DNA from: an uncultured Candidatus Saccharibacteria bacterium | GTDB lineage: Bacteria; Patescibacteriota; Minisyncoccia; Phycocordibacterales; UBA12088 | DNA length: 64,000 nt | Assembly (NCBI GenBank): GCA_964567265.1 | Contig: CAZMLK010000002.1 | Location: forward strand, 138,813-202,812 | Reading direction: 5' to 3' | In this document: piece after piece, positions 37,597-47,426 of the stretch | Numbering within the stretch: the first letter of the stretch is position 1 | How the letters are laid out: each line of letters begins with the position of its first letter | The notes under the pieces: model-generated | The model's input: the letters and a program-made list of their open reading frames with translations, nothing else | What the model was told of the DNA's origin: nothing | The model's database searches: none | Made by a program: the position numbers and the translations under genes

Positions 37597-37628
37597 AGAA
37601 AAAAGCCAGGGTCCGGGTGGACCCTGGC
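37597..37628 (-). terminator. Intrinsic terminator (minus strand), copy 1
   Basis: GCCAGGGTCC-N4-GGACCCTGGC followed on the minus strand by TTTTTTCT; 41 nt upstream of the sod start codon. Confidence 0.75.
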
Positions 37629-37742
37629 AAGTAAGATCAGGGAGGCTAAACGTCTGGGAGGAGATAAGCACGCGGCAATGCGTGTGCCCCAAGTCATGTG
37701 AATGACCAGGTGGGCTTGAAGCCCAGGAACCGCAAGTCCACT
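37597..37742 (-). ncRNA. Candidate ~145-nt structured small RNA or sod leader/attenuator
   Basis: Minus-strand TTGACA (37772-37777), 17-nt spacer, TACAAA (37749-37754); several hairpins; ends at terminator copy 1; no ORF. Confidence 0.35.
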
Positions 37743-37808
37743 GACACCTTTGTACCAGTGTCTTGGAATGCTGTCAATGCCGCGTGAGTGAGGGGTGCGG
37801 GGGAAATG

Positions 37809-37837
37809 AAAAAGCCAGGGTCCGGAGGGACCCTGGC
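37809..37837 (-). terminator. Intrinsic terminator (minus strand), copy 2
   Basis: Same 10-bp stem GCCAGGGTCC/GGACCCTGGC, loop differs, TTTTT on minus strand. Confidence 0.7.
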
Positions 37838-37860
37838 AGTCAGTCGAGGAACTGGGAGGC
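37809..37860 (-). ncRNA. Candidate ~50-nt small RNA
   Basis: Minus-strand TTGACA (37891-37896), 18-nt spacer, TATGGT (37867-37872); transcript would run only about 50 nt into terminator copy 2; contains GCCUCCCAG. Confidence 0.3.
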
Positions 37861-37981
37861 ACGATTACCATAGCAGTCTTCATGATATTTTGTCAATTAA
37901 CCAGGCGTTTTTACAGGTAATCCACATGACAGGCCAAGCGATTCCTAGAGCGGAAACGGGGCCATGGTACCATTTCCAGAT

Positions 37982-38185
37982 ATGCGTACCGCCCTTTTCT
38001 TCATTACTATCCTTGCGGTCGTCGTCGGCGCCTTTCTCTATCTGAACCGGACGCCGTGCGAGGGGAAGTGCCCTGAATCAGCGGGCAAGGAATACTGCCG
38101 AAGCCTCGACAAACGCCGCAAGAATACAGAATTCAACCTCTCATATGGCGACCGTGTCCGCATGGTCATAAACGGCTGCTACTAG
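37982..38185 (+). CDS. Small membrane protein, Cys-rich tail
   Basis: Start at MRTALFFITILAVVVGAFLYL; 67 aa; CEGKCPESAGKEYC; directly upstream of MBL gene. Confidence 0.4.
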   Translation: MRTALFFITILAVVVGAFLYLNRTPCEGKCPESAGKEYCRSLDKRRKNTEFNLSYGDRVRMVINGCY

Positions 38186-38191
38186 GCTTTC

Positions 38192-39049
38192 ATGACATTC
38201 TCTCCGCTCCGGATTCGGATCGGCACACTCGCGCTCCTCGCCGGCGTGACCATTTTCATCTGGTACCTCGCGCTCCAGGCGACGTCCTCTCAGCTCACGG
38301 TCGCATTCCTCGATATCGGACAAGGAGATGCGATTTATATCGAGGGGCCGAACGGGAATCAGATTCTCATCGACGGCGGTGCGGACACCAAGGTGCTTGC
38401 CCGCCTCGGGGAGGTGATGCCGCTCGGCGACCGCTCGATCGATGTCGTCATCGGGACGCATCCAGACAAGGATCATATCGGCGGACTGCCTGACGTCTTG
38501 AAACGCTACGATGTTTCCTATGTATTCGAGCCCGGCATGGCGAATGATACGGCCGCATGGGACGCGTTCCTTCAGGCGATCGCGGACGAACACGCCGGGC
38601 ACATCATCGCGCGCCGGGGAATGGAGATCGATCTCGGACAGGGTGTCATGCTTTCGATATTGTTCCCGGACAAGCAGATCGCCGGCAAGGAGACGAACGC
38701 GGCTTCGATCGTCGCGAAGCTCTCGTATGGCGCCGTCGGCGTGATGCTGACTGGCGATGCGCCGCAGTCAGTCGAAGATCATCTTGTTACCTTGGATGGC
38801 GGGAATCTGAAAAGCGACATCCTCAAGGCAGGGCACCATGGATCGAAAACCTCAAGCGCTCCGCAGTTTCTCGATGCGGTCCGCCCGGCGTACGGGATCA
38901 TTTCCGCAGGGAAGGGAAATTCCTATGGCCATCCGCACAAGGAGGTCGTGAGCGCGCTCACGGAACGGAATGTGCGCACTCTGAGCACCATCGACAGGGG
39001 GACCATCATCTTTACTTCGGATGGGACGGCCGTCGCCTTACAGGAGTAG
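38192..39049 (+). CDS. Membrane-anchored MBL-fold hydrolase, ComEC C-terminal-domain-like
   Basis: 285 aa; N-terminal TM; FLDIGQGDAIYIE, GTHPDKDHIGG, GHHGS, typical of the ComEC beta-lactamase-like nuclease domain. Confidence 0.8.
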   Translation: MTFSPLRIRIGTLALLAGVTIFIWYLALQATSSQLTVAFLDIGQGDAIYIEGPNGNQILIDGGADTKVLARLGEVMPLGDRSIDVVIGTHPDKDHIGGLPDVLKRYDVSYVFEPGMANDTAAWDAFLQAIADEHAGHIIARRGMEIDLGQGVMLSILFPDKQIAGKETNAASIVAKLSYGAVGVMLTGDAPQSVEDHLVTLDGGNLKSDILKAGHHGSKTSSAPQFLDAVRPAYGIISAGKGNSYGHPHKEVVSALTERNVRTLSTIDRGTIIFTSDGTAVALQE

Positions 39050-39108
39050 GGCTCCAAAACAAAACCCCGCCGCAAGCACTCGTGCTTGCGGCGGGGTTTT
39101 GTTTTGGC

Positions 39109-39351
39109 CTAGATAACCCCTGCGTCCTTGAGCGCCTTGAACGGGCCCTTCTTGGTGATGGTCCGGAGACCCTTCGTGGAGACGGTGATCGTCACAAACT
39201 TCTTGAGTTCAGGGACGTAGAAGCGCTTCTTCATAAGGTTGGAGTGGCGCGTGACCTTTCCAGTCGGGTTGAACTGGGTAGCGCGAACACGGTTGGAGTA
39301 GCGGCCTCCGACCTGGGTTCCTTTATTGGTGATTGCGCAGACACGTGCCAT
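39109..39351 (-). CDS. rpmB: 50S ribosomal protein L28
   Basis: Start at MARVCAITNKGTQVGGRYSNRVRATQ; 80 aa. Confidence 0.85.
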   Translation of the reverse strand: MARVCAITNKGTQVGGRYSNRVRATQFNPTGKVTRHSNLMKKRFYVPELKKFVTITVSTKGLRTITKKGPFKALKDAGVI

Positions 39352-39457
39352 AGCCAGAAGACTGTACCACAGCCCTAAAAAAGAGACAAATCGAGAGGGT
39401 GGTCGGCAATCCTCTTCGATTCGGGGCAAAGGGGTTTCGTGCTACAAATAGTGGTGC

Positions 39458-40087
39458 ATGGATCCGTTCGTCATATTCCATCTCCTGGTGCTCATCCTCT
39501 CCATCGTCATCCACGAGGTGTCGCACGGCTATGCCGCGCTCGCGCTTGGGGACGCGACAGCCAAGTATCAGGGCCGCCTGACCCTGAATCCGTTGAAGCA
39601 CATTGACCCGGTCGGCTCTGTCGCTATCCCCGCCATTCTCATCCTCACGCATTCTTCCTTCCTCTTTGGATGGGCGAAGCCAGTACCCTATAATCCATAT
39701 AATCTCCGCAATCAGCGCTGGGGCGAGGCCTTTGTTGCTGCTGCCGGCCCCCTGGTAAACCTCACGATCGCGCTCTGTTTCGGGCTCCTCATCAAGTTCG
39801 GGGGAGGGGCACTCTCTTCGTCATTTGTGGATCTCGCCGCCCAGATCGTCTACATCAACCTCCTTCTCGGGATCTTCAACCTCATGCCGATCCCGCCCAT
39901 GGATGGGTCAAAGATCCTTCGCGCCGCGCTTCCATTCCGCCTGGCATTGTCCTTCCAGCGCCTCGAGGATCGCCTGTTCATGTTCGGCCCGGTCGCGGGA
40001 TTCATCCTCGTCTTCCTGGTCGTCTCCTTCCTCTGGCCGATCTTTTCGCCTCTCGTCGGTGCCCTATTCACCCTGCTTGTCGGGTAG
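39458..40087 (+). CDS. Site-2 protease (M50) family zinc metalloprotease
   Basis: 209 aa; HEVSHG (HExxH) in first TM region, multi-[15 protein letters not shown]. Confidence 0.75.
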   Translation: MDPFVIFHLLVLILSIVIHEVSHGYAALALGDATAKYQGRLTLNPLKHIDPVGSVAIPAILILTHSSFLFGWAKPVPYNPYNLRNQRWGEAFVAAAGPLVNLTIALCFGLLIKFGGGALSSSFVDLAAQIVYINLLLGIFNLMPIPPMDGSKILRAALPFRLALSFQRLEDRLFMFGPVAGFILVFLVVSFLWPIFSPLVGALFTLLVG

Positions 40088-40200
40088 ATTGCGACTCTCT
40101 GGCATTTGCCTGCAACAAAGCGTCTTGCCTTTTTAGAGCGCACATAGTAGAGTATTCGGCGTGGGCATTTGGCCCTTTTCTTTTATCGAAGCCAGGCGAA

Positions 40201-40614
40201 ATGACAACAATCAACCAGCTCATCCGCAAGAATCGCAAGACCCCGGTCAGGAAATCCAAGACCGTGGTGCTTCGCCGTGGTTTCAACACTCTCGAGAACC
40301 GTCCAACCTTCTACCCATCGCCTTTCAAACGCGGTGTCTGTACGAAGGTCACGACCAAGACTCCTCGTAAGCCGAACTCAGCTATCCGTAAGATCGCCCG
40401 CGTCCGCCTCACGAACGGCATGGAAGTGACTGCATACATCCCGGGTATGGGCCACAACCTCCAGGAGCACTCTGTGGTGCTTCTCCGCGGCGGCCGCGTT
40501 AAGGACATTGGCGTCCGCTACACTGTGGTTCGTGGCAAGCTCGATGCAACCGGCGTTGCCAACCGTAAGACCTCACGCTCAAGCTATGGCGCAAAGCGTG
40601 CTAAGAAAGCATAA
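40201..40614 (+). CDS. rpsL: 30S ribosomal protein S12
   Basis: 137 aa; [31 protein letters not shown]. Confidence 0.97.
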   Translation: MTTINQLIRKNRKTPVRKSKTVVLRRGFNTLENRPTFYPSPFKRGVCTKVTTKTPRKPNSAIRKIARVRLTNGMEVTAYIPGMGHNLQEHSVVLLRGGRVKDIGVRYTVVRGKLDATGVANRKTSRSSYGAKRAKKA

Positions 40615-40619
40615 TCACC

Positions 40620-41087
40620 ATGCGACGCCCACTCAAGAAAAAACTGACCGTAGCTCCGGATGTCATCTACCAGTCTGAAAAGGTAGCGAAATTCGTAAAC
40701 TCGATCATGCAGGACGGCAAGAAGGTTGCTGCCCGCAAGATCGTGTACGGCGCGCTCGACATCATCAAGGAAACGGATGGACTCGATCCTCTCGAAGTCT
40801 TCGAGACGGCGCTCCGCAATGTCGGTCCGTCTGTCGAAGTCCGCTCACGCCGCGTCGGCGGTGCCAACTACCAGGTGCCCCGCGAAGTCCGTCCTGAGCG
40901 CCGTTCAGCACTCGCGATGCGCTGGATCATCACCGCGGTCCGCGCAAAGAAGGGCGTGAAGACCGCAAAGTCCCTGGCCGAAGAACTCATCGCCGCATCG
41001 AAGAACGAAGGAACGGCCGTGAAGAAGAAGGAGGATACGCACAAGATGGCAGAATCGAACCGCGCGTTCGCTCACTTCGCCTGGTAA
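40620..41087 (+). CDS. rpsG: 30S ribosomal protein S7
   Basis: 155 aa; [22 protein letters not shown]-terminus. Confidence 0.97.
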   Translation: MRRPLKKKLTVAPDVIYQSEKVAKFVNSIMQDGKKVAARKIVYGALDIIKETDGLDPLEVFETALRNVGPSVEVRSRRVGGANYQVPREVRPERRSALAMRWIITAVRAKKGVKTAKSLAEELIAASKNEGTAVKKKEDTHKMAESNRAFAHFAW

Positions 41088-41099
41088 TTTCACAAAATC

Positions 41100-41140
41100 A
41101 AAACAAAACCACGCCGGCTCCGCCGGCGGGGTTTTGTTTT
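41100..41140. terminator. Bidirectional intrinsic terminator
   Basis: AAAACAAAACCACGCCGGC-TC-GCCGGCGGGGTTTTGTTTT between rpsG and convergent orphan gene. Confidence 0.7.
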
Positions 41141-41154
41141 GAGACGCCAATCAA

Positions 41155-41994
41155 TTACTCTGCCTCCGCATGCACCTCGTGGATGCGCTCGACGTCATCA
41201 TGGAGCCGTGAGAGCCGCGGCCCGATCCGATCGACGAGCTCGCTTCCAAATACCACAAAGGGGACGAGATCCTTGCTCTGGAACAGTGTTCCGTTCTCGA
41301 TCACGTACATGCGCTTGTCGCGCATCTCGATCGAGTAGGCGCTCCCGCGATCGATGAGGAATTCCATGATCTCCGGCGTGAGGATTTCGAGTGCCTCGAT
41401 CTCCAGATCTTCAGCGACGTACAGGTTGAACCGCTTCGCGAATCCCGCATCCAGGGTCAGCGATTTGTGATAGGTGTCTGCAAGCGCCTCTCCCTCAAAA
41501 AACCGATTTTCCTCGAGGATGAGATCAGGCAGGGGACCACTGAAATCGAAGCAGCAGACGGTATAGAAATGGCTCTGGCTGTTCTTCCCGCTCCCGGTGG
41601 TGTACTGGAAATGGAACAGCTCGAAGGCAGTCGCCCCGTATTCACCGCTCACCACGTTCGCGATTGCACGGGAGTGACCCTTCTTAAAGAGCATGCTCGC
41701 GTAGGAATCGTCGAGGTCAGAGTACGACGCGTACTCAAAGCCGCACGCGTCGGCAAAACGGCGCATGGACTCTGCCTGGTACCGGCTCGCCCGGTAGCTC
41801 GCGTAGAGGAAGAGGGGAAGGAGGACTCCGTACAGGAACACGTTCAGCGGCTGGCCAAGCCCGAACAGCGAAAGGAAGAGTGCAATGACTCCGAGCACGA
41901 TCCCGATAAGCGCGATCTTCCGGAGTTCTCCGACCACCATGGCACGTGTCATATTCGCGGGGAATGATGCGCCGGGTTTGGGGCCGATTGGCAT
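41155..41994 (-). CDS. Hypothetical 2-TM membrane protein inserted between rpsG and fusA
   Basis: 279 aa; two N-terminal TM helices then soluble domain; TATACT -10 ends 10 nt before ATG. Confidence 0.5.
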   Translation of the reverse strand: MPIGPKPGASFPANMTRAMVVGELRKIALIGIVLGVIALFLSLFGLGQPLNVFLYGVLLPLFLYASYRASRYQAESMRRFADACGFEYASYSDLDDSYASMLFKKGHSRAIANVVSGEYGATAFELFHFQYTTGSGKNSQSHFYTVCCFDFSGPLPDLILEENRFFEGEALADTYHKSLTLDAGFAKRFNLYVAEDLEIEALEILTPEIMEFLIDRGSAYSIEMRDKRMYVIENGTLFQSKDLVPFVVFGSELVDRIGPRLSRLHDDVERIHEVHAEAE

Positions 41995-42073
41995 AGATAG
42001 CGTCAGTATAGGCTAATTGCGGATTTGGTAAATAAAGAAAGCGCCGGCCCGAATTTTCGGGCCGGCGCGGCGG

Positions 42074-42544
42074 CTAGCAGGTGCCAGAACAGATGTACAT
42101 GGCCATAAGTCTGTGGGACGTGCGCAAGGCGCGCTCACCGATTGCTGTCCCAGGATAGCGCTCGGAAAGATCCTTATAATACTTTGCCAGCTTCCAGAGC
42201 GACCTTCGCGCTTCTCCAAGGTGAACATAGAGGTCGATCTCAGGGAGACCGGCGTCGCCATTTCTCCCGTGTGGATCCCTCCAGGTTGTCGTTCTCAGGT
42301 GGATCGGTTTCGGCATCCCCCCGCGCCAAAAATAGAAATCGATGCGACGGCGGAGCAGGCTTTGGAGTGGACTTACGATGACCACTGTTTCCGGGGGTGC
42401 CGCCACCTTCGCGAGGAGGTCTTTGCAGAGAGCGATTCCCAAGCCGTCCATTTTGTCTAAGGATGCGGACTGGGCCCTCCATGTAATCAAATCGAGCTTG
42501 GGGCGATGATATCCCCTGAGGGAGGTGGTTGAGTTCGATGACAC
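42074..42544 (-). CDS. Hypothetical protein inserted between rpsG and fusA
   Basis: 156 aa, Trp/Arg-rich, no motif; minus-strand terminator hairpin (GCGCCGGCCCGAA/TTCGGGCCGGCGC) directly after its stop supports orientation. Confidence 0.4.
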   Translation of the reverse strand: MSSNSTTSLRGYHRPKLDLITWRAQSASLDKMDGLGIALCKDLLAKVAAPPETVVIVSPLQSLLRRRIDFYFWRGGMPKPIHLRTTTWRDPHGRNGDAGLPEIDLYVHLGEARRSLWKLAKYYKDLSERYPGTAIGERALRTSHRLMAMYICSGTC

Positions 42545-42699
42545 GCATGCGGCCTTCTCCTGATGCTCTGAGGTCTGTGAAGCAATCTCTCACAGCTCCT
42601 CTATATTGTCTATTTCCCGAATTTGATTTATAGTCCTCCTACAAGCGCAAAGCGCCTTTTTGTTTCTTATAAGCCGCCGCCTCATCATTTAGCACCACT

Positions 42700-44853
42700 A
42701 TGGAAGGAAGAGATTATCCGCTCGAGAGAGTACGAAACTTCGGGATCATCGCCCACATCGACGCCGGAAAGACCACCACGTCCGAGCGTATTCTGTATTA
42801 CACCGGCGAATCCCATAAGATCGGCGAGGTGCACGAGGGCGAGACGGTCACCGACTGGATGGAACAGGAGCGCGAGCGCGGCATCACCATCACTGCAGCG
42901 GCCATCACCTGCTTCTGGACCAAGACGGATGAGGATCCAGCAGACAAGGCCAAGAAGCAGCGCTTCAACATCATCGACACCCCGGGACACATCGACTTCA
43001 CCGTCGAGGTGAAGCGCTCACTCCGTGTGCTCGACGGCGCGGTCGTCGTCTTCGACGGCGTTGCCGGCGTCGAACCGCAGTCTGAGACCAACTGGCGCTA
43101 CGCAGACGAGGCAAAGGTGCCGCGTATCTGCTTCATCAACAAGCTCGACCGCACCGGCGCATCATTCGAGCGCTCGTACCAATCCATCCTCGACCGCCTC
43201 AACAAGAAGGCGGTCCGCATGCAGCTCCCGATTGGCGACGAGGATGCCTTCTCAGGCGTCATCGACCTCCTCAAGATGAAGGCATTCACCTTCACCGGCG
43301 AGCTCGGCAAGATCGTCGTCGAAGGCGAGATCCCTGCAAACATGATGGCCGAAGCGGAGAAGTACCGCGCAGAACTCATCGAGCGCATCGTCGAACACGA
43401 TGACGAGCTCATGAGCGGCTACCTCGAAGGGAAGATCCCGACGATGGAAGAACTCAAGAAGACGCTCCGGAAGGCAGTGATCGCGAACGATATCTTCCCG
43501 GTCTACACCGGCTCAGCGCTCAAGAACAAGGGCGTCCAGCTCGTCCTCGACGCGGTCGTCGACTATCTCCCGTCTCCCTTGGACATGCCGCCGGTCACAG
43601 GCATCAACCCGAACAACGGCGAGGCGATCGAGCGCCATGCGGATGATTCCGAGCCGTTCTCAGCGCTCGCCTTCAAGCTCCAGGCAGACCCGTTCGTGGG
43701 CCAGCTCACCTTCTTCCGTGTCTACTCAGGTACGATCGAAGCGGGTTCATATATCTACAATTCAACCACCGGCGACAAGGAGCGCCTCGGCCGCATCGTC
43801 CGCCTCCAGGCGAACGACCGCGAAGAAGTAAAGAAGGTCTACGCCGGCGAGATCGCCGCAGCCGTCGGGCTCAAGAACACCCGTACCTCGCACACGCTCT
43901 GCGACGAGAATGATCCGATCATCCTCGAAGAGATCGTCTTCCCGGAGCCAGTCGTGTCGCTTCGCATCGAACCGAAGACAAAGGCTGACCAGGAGAAAAT
44001 GGGCATCGCGCTCAAGAAGCTTTCCGATGAGGATCCAACCTTCCGCGTCACCTCTGATGCTGAGACCATGGAAACCATCATCGCGGGCATGGGCGAGCTC
44101 CATCTCGAGATCCTCGTCGACCGCATGAAGCGCGAATTCAACGTCGAAGCGAATGTCGGCAAGCCGCAGGTCGCGTACCGCGAGACCATCCAGCGCGAAG
44201 CCGAGGCAGAACACAAGTACATAAAGCAGACCGGCGGTCGCGGCCAGTACGGTCACGTGAAGATCCGCGTGAAGCCGATGGAAGCATGGCCGGAAGACAA
44301 GAAGATGCCAAACAACGTGAAGCGCGAAGATCACTTCGAGTGGATCAACAACATCAAGGGAGGCGTCATTCCGCAGGAATACATCCCGGCTGTCGAGAAG
44401 GGCGTGAAGGAAGCAATGGAGCGCGGTATCGTCGCCGGCTACAAGCTCGAGGATGTCTCATGCGAACTCTACGATGGCTCGTACCACGATGTGGACTCAT
44501 CCGAAATTGCCTTCAAGATCGCAGGATCCCAGGCGTTCCAGGAGGCAGCCAAGAAGGCGGGCGCCGTCATCCTCGAACCGATCATGCGCGTCGAAGTCGT
44601 CATCCCGGAGAAATTCATGGGCGACATCAACGGCAACCTTTCCTCGAAGCGCGGTCAGATCGAAGGCATGGAAGATCGCGGCATGCTCCGCGTCGTGAAG
44701 GCCAAGGTCCCGCTCTCCGAAATGTTCGGATACACGACGGCGCTTCGCTCCATGACGGAGGGTCGCGGTTCCATGACCATGGAATTCGACCACTACGAAG
44801 TGGTTCCGAAGAACGTCTCCGACACCATCGTCGCGGCACGCGGAGGGAAGTAA
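42700..44853 (+). CDS. fusA: Elongation factor G
   Basis: 717 aa; [21 protein letters not shown], full domain set. Confidence 0.97.
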   Translation: MEGRDYPLERVRNFGIIAHIDAGKTTTSERILYYTGESHKIGEVHEGETVTDWMEQERERGITITAAAITCFWTKTDEDPADKAKKQRFNIIDTPGHIDFTVEVKRSLRVLDGAVVVFDGVAGVEPQSETNWRYADEAKVPRICFINKLDRTGASFERSYQSILDRLNKKAVRMQLPIGDEDAFSGVIDLLKMKAFTFTGELGKIVVEGEIPANMMAEAEKYRAELIERIVEHDDELMSGYLEGKIPTMEELKKTLRKAVIANDIFPVYTGSALKNKGVQLVLDAVVDYLPSPLDMPPVTGINPNNGEAIERHADDSEPFSALAFKLQADPFVGQLTFFRVYSGTIEAGSYIYNSTTGDKERLGRIVRLQANDREEVKKVYAGEIAAAVGLKNTRTSHTLCDENDPIILEEIVFPEPVVSLRIEPKTKADQEKMGIALKKLSDEDPTFRVTSDAETMETIIAGMGELHLEILVDRMKREFNVEANVGKPQVAYRETIQREAEAEHKYIKQTGGRGQYGHVKIRVKPMEAWPEDKKMPNNVKREDHFEWINNIKGGVIPQEYIPAVEKGVKEAMERGIVAGYKLEDVSCELYDGSYHDVDSSEIAFKIAGSQAFQEAAKKAGAVILEPIMRVEVVIPEKFMGDINGNLSSKRGQIEGMEDRGMLRVVKAKVPLSEMFGYTTALRSMTEGRGSMTMEFDHYEVVPKNVSDTIVAARGGK

Positions 44854-44869
44854 CTCTGAATCAAACAAC

Positions 44870-44909
44870 ACAAAGCCGGCGCGAGCTTTGCTCGCGCCGG
44901 CTTTGTTTT
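44870..44909 (+). terminator. Intrinsic terminator of fusA
   Basis: AAAGCCGGCGCGAGC-TTTG-CTCGCGCCGGCTTT plus TTTT. Confidence 0.75.
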
Positions 44910-44920
44910 CACCCTCCATA

Positions 44921-44964
44921 CAAAAAACACCCCGGAAATTGGCTGAAAGCCAATTTCCGGGGTG
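44921..44964 (-). terminator. Intrinsic terminator of the minus-strand orphan gene
   Basis: CACCCCGGAAATTGGC-loop-GCCAATTTCCGGGGTG followed on minus strand by TTTTTTG. Confidence 0.7.
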
Positions 44965-44971
44965 CAAAGAC

Positions 44972-45406
44972 TCAAGCAATAATCCGCTTCCGCACCCTCT
45001 CAAAGTAGAGAAGAGAGGCGAGGAAAGTGGCGATGGTGGGGAGCATTGTTGCACCGATTATAAATCCAATCGGATCCTGTATTGCTTCTGTCCGAGTAGC
45101 CACGTTTACCCAGCTCAGGTGAAGCATTATGGATCCCACCGCAGCCACCAGCAAACTTAAGGCGATCTGCAGGAGAAAGGAGTCGCCCTCAACGACATAG
45201 TCAGCGATGACCAATGACGCGAAGACCAAGATCGTCACAATGAGGACTGTCGAGATAGCCCCTCCGCCGAGCTGCCACCCGGGCCGGTCCAAGACCACGG
45301 CCATGGTTTCTGGGGCACTGTTTCTGAGAAAGAGCACCAGCATCGTCAAGCAGGTGAGTATGCTGGCGATTAACGAGCGCACAAAAGCACCTCTCATTTT
45401 CGGCAT
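44972..45406 (-). CDS. Hypothetical 4-TM membrane protein inserted between fusA and tuf
   Basis: 144 aa, four hydrophobic helices, no motif. Confidence 0.5.
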   Translation of the reverse strand: MPKMRGAFVRSLIASILTCLTMLVLFLRNSAPETMAVVLDRPGWQLGGGAISTVLIVTILVFASLVIADYVVEGDSFLLQIALSLLVAAVGSIMLHLSWVNVATRTEAIQDPIGFIIGATMLPTIATFLASLLYFERVRKRIIA

Positions 45407-45506
45407 CCTTCCGTCGGTTCAGTACTCGTGCCAGCATGCCGGCGTCTCCGCGACGAATCAAGCCGTCCTCCGGGAGGGTACCGAAGCCTTCACCCCTGCC
45501 CGTTTA

Positions 45507-45535
45507 TTGACGTACCCCTTGCTTTCCGCTATTAT
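45507..45535 (+). promoter_or_regulatory. Candidate tuf promoter
   Basis: TTGACG, 17-nt spacer, TATTAT; implies about 170-nt leader. Confidence 0.5.
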
Positions 45536-45709
45536 CTCGCTACCGCAGTTGTTGCGTCCTTTTTTGTCATTGGACCTTGTCATTTGGAGGGCCTTGGGAG
45601 AAAGGGAGGTAGAAAAGGTGGTAGGTGTTCATTATAAATCGCTACCGTCTCGAATTGAGCCCTGGTTCTCGCGCGCTCATACGGGACAGTAGCCAAACAA
45701 GAAAATCAT

Positions 45710-46909
45710 ATGGCAGGTACATTCGATCGCTCGAAGCCCCATGTCAACGTCGGCACCATCGGCCACGTCGACCACGGCAAGACGACCCTCACAGCCGGCA
45801 TCCTCCACGTGCTCCACATGGCGGGGAATGGCTTTGGCGCATCCGAGAAGGGTGTTGACCAGATTGACAACGCGCCTGAAGAAAAGGCACGTGGTATTAC
45901 GATTTCGCTCTCGCACTCTGAGTACGAGACCCCGAACCGTCACTACGCGCACATCGACGCGCCAGGTCACGCTGACTACATCAAGAACATGATCACGGGC
46001 GCAGCCCAGATGGACGGTGCGATCCTCGTGGTCGCAGCGACCGACGGCATGATGCCCCAGACGCGCGAACACGTCCTCCTTGCAAAGCAGGTTGGCGTGC
46101 CTCGCATGATCGTCTTCATCAACAAGGTGGACATGGTCGAAGACCAGGACCTCGTTGACCTCGTCGAAGAGGAAATCCGCGACCTTCTCACGAAGCAGGG
46201 TTTTGATGGCGCAAACGCACCGATCATTCGCGGTTCAGGCCTCAAGGCCCTCGAATCGAAGTCGGTTGACGATCCGTACGCTCAGAAGATCATCGAACTC
46301 GCAAAGGCACTCGATGAATACATCCCGATGCCGGTTCGCGAGACTGAGAAGCCGTTCCTCATGCCGATCGAAGACATCTTCTCGATCGAAGGACGCGGTA
46401 CCGTCGTTACCGGACGCATCGAGCGCGGCCAGGTGAAGGTGGGCGAGGATGTTGAAATCATTGGCCTCCAGCCAACCGCGAAGACGACCATCACGGGTAT
46501 CGAAATGTTCAACAAGCAGCTTGATAGCGGTATGGCAGGCGACAACGCCGGCATCCTCCTCCGCGGAACCAAGAAGGAAGACGTGCACCGCGGACAGGTC
46601 CTCGCAAAGACGGGATCAGTTACGCCGCACACTGAATTCGAGGCAGAAGCATACATCCTCAAGAAGGAGGAAGGAGGCCGCCACACGCCGTTCTTCACCG
46701 GTTACAAGCCGCAGTTCTATGTCCGCACCACGGACGTGACGGGCGACGTGACCCTCCCAGAAGGTGTTGAAATGGTCATGCCAGGCGACACCACGAAGTT
46801 CAAGGTGAAGCTCGTCGCACCAATCGCGCTCGAAGAGCAGACCCGTTTCGCCATCCGCGAGGGCGGCAAGACGGTCGGTGCAGGCGTCGTCACCAAGGTG
46901 ATCGCCTAA
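45710..46909 (+). CDS. tuf: Elongation factor Tu
   Basis: 399 aa; [25 protein letters not shown]. Confidence 0.98.
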   Translation: MAGTFDRSKPHVNVGTIGHVDHGKTTLTAGILHVLHMAGNGFGASEKGVDQIDNAPEEKARGITISLSHSEYETPNRHYAHIDAPGHADYIKNMITGAAQMDGAILVVAATDGMMPQTREHVLLAKQVGVPRMIVFINKVDMVEDQDLVDLVEEEIRDLLTKQGFDGANAPIIRGSGLKALESKSVDDPYAQKIIELAKALDEYIPMPVRETEKPFLMPIEDIFSIEGRGTVVTGRIERGQVKVGEDVEIIGLQPTAKTTITGIEMFNKQLDSGMAGDNAGILLRGTKKEDVHRGQVLAKTGSVTPHTEFEAEAYILKKEEGGRHTPFFTGYKPQFYVRTTDVTGDVTLPEGVEMVMPGDTTKFKVKLVAPIALEEQTRFAIREGGKTVGAGVVTKVIA

Positions 46910-46958
46910 CCCACAAAGTACTTACCAAAACCACTACTAGGACCTTTGACAACACGAT

Positions 46959-47339
46959 ATGGCAACGAAAGAAACTACAGAAGCTCCGAAGCGCGCCAAG
47001 CGCGCGGCGAAAGCTGTCAAAGGAGTTGAAGCCGTCTCCAAGCTCCGCATTCGCGTGCGCGCCTATGAGCACAAGCTCCTCGACGCATCCGTAAAGCAGA
47101 TCATGGACACCGCGCTTCGCTTCGATGCCACCATCGTCGGTCCGATCCCGCTTCCGACGGAAATCAAGAAGTACACGGTGAACCGCGCCGCATTCGTCTA
47201 CAAAGACGCGCGAGAACAATTTGAAATGCGAGTGCACAAGCGCCTCATCGACATCCTGAATCCGTCCGCGAAAGTCATCGAGTCCCTGACCAACCTCACC
47301 CTCCCATCCGGCGTCAACATCGACGTCAAGATGGTTTAG
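46959..47339 (+). CDS. rpsJ: 30S ribosomal protein S10 with Lys/Ala-rich N-terminal extension
   Basis: 126 aa; core KLRIRVRAYEHKLLD...GPIPLPT; about 25 extra N-terminal residues. Confidence 0.95.
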   Translation: MATKETTEAPKRAKRAAKAVKGVEAVSKLRIRVRAYEHKLLDASVKQIMDTALRFDATIVGPIPLPTEIKKYTVNRAAFVYKDAREQFEMRVHKRLIDILNPSAKVIESLTNLTLPSGVNIDVKMV

Positions 47340-47384
47340 GTAAAAGGAGTCAAACAAAAAATCCCCTCACGGGGATTTTTTGTT
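47319..47384 (+). repeat. rpsJ 3' end plus terminator, repeat copy 1 (native)
   Basis: ATCGACGTCAAGATGGTTTAGGTAAAAGGAGTCAAACAAAAAATCCCC-TCAC-GGGGATTTTTTGTT. Confidence 0.85.
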
Positions 47385-47426
47385 ACACTATGGAGGATTT
47401 CTTTTACATACTAACCGTTCAATCTC

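Noticed and set aside
37690-37745. Possible SRP (4.5S) RNA helix-8 motif, ACCAGGUGGGCUUGAAGCCCAGGAACCGCAAG
   Set aside because: It has superficial similarity to ACCAGGUCAGGUCCGGAAGGAAGCAGCC. It lacks the GGAA tetraloop and the AGCA/AGG symmetric loop that are nearly invariant, and the flanking terminators point to minus-strand transcription.
38557-39378. 273-aa plus-strand ORF overlapping the MBL gene and rpmB
   Set aside because: It is out of frame with the MBL hydrolase (clear HxHxDH-type motifs) and crosses a strong bidirectional terminator.
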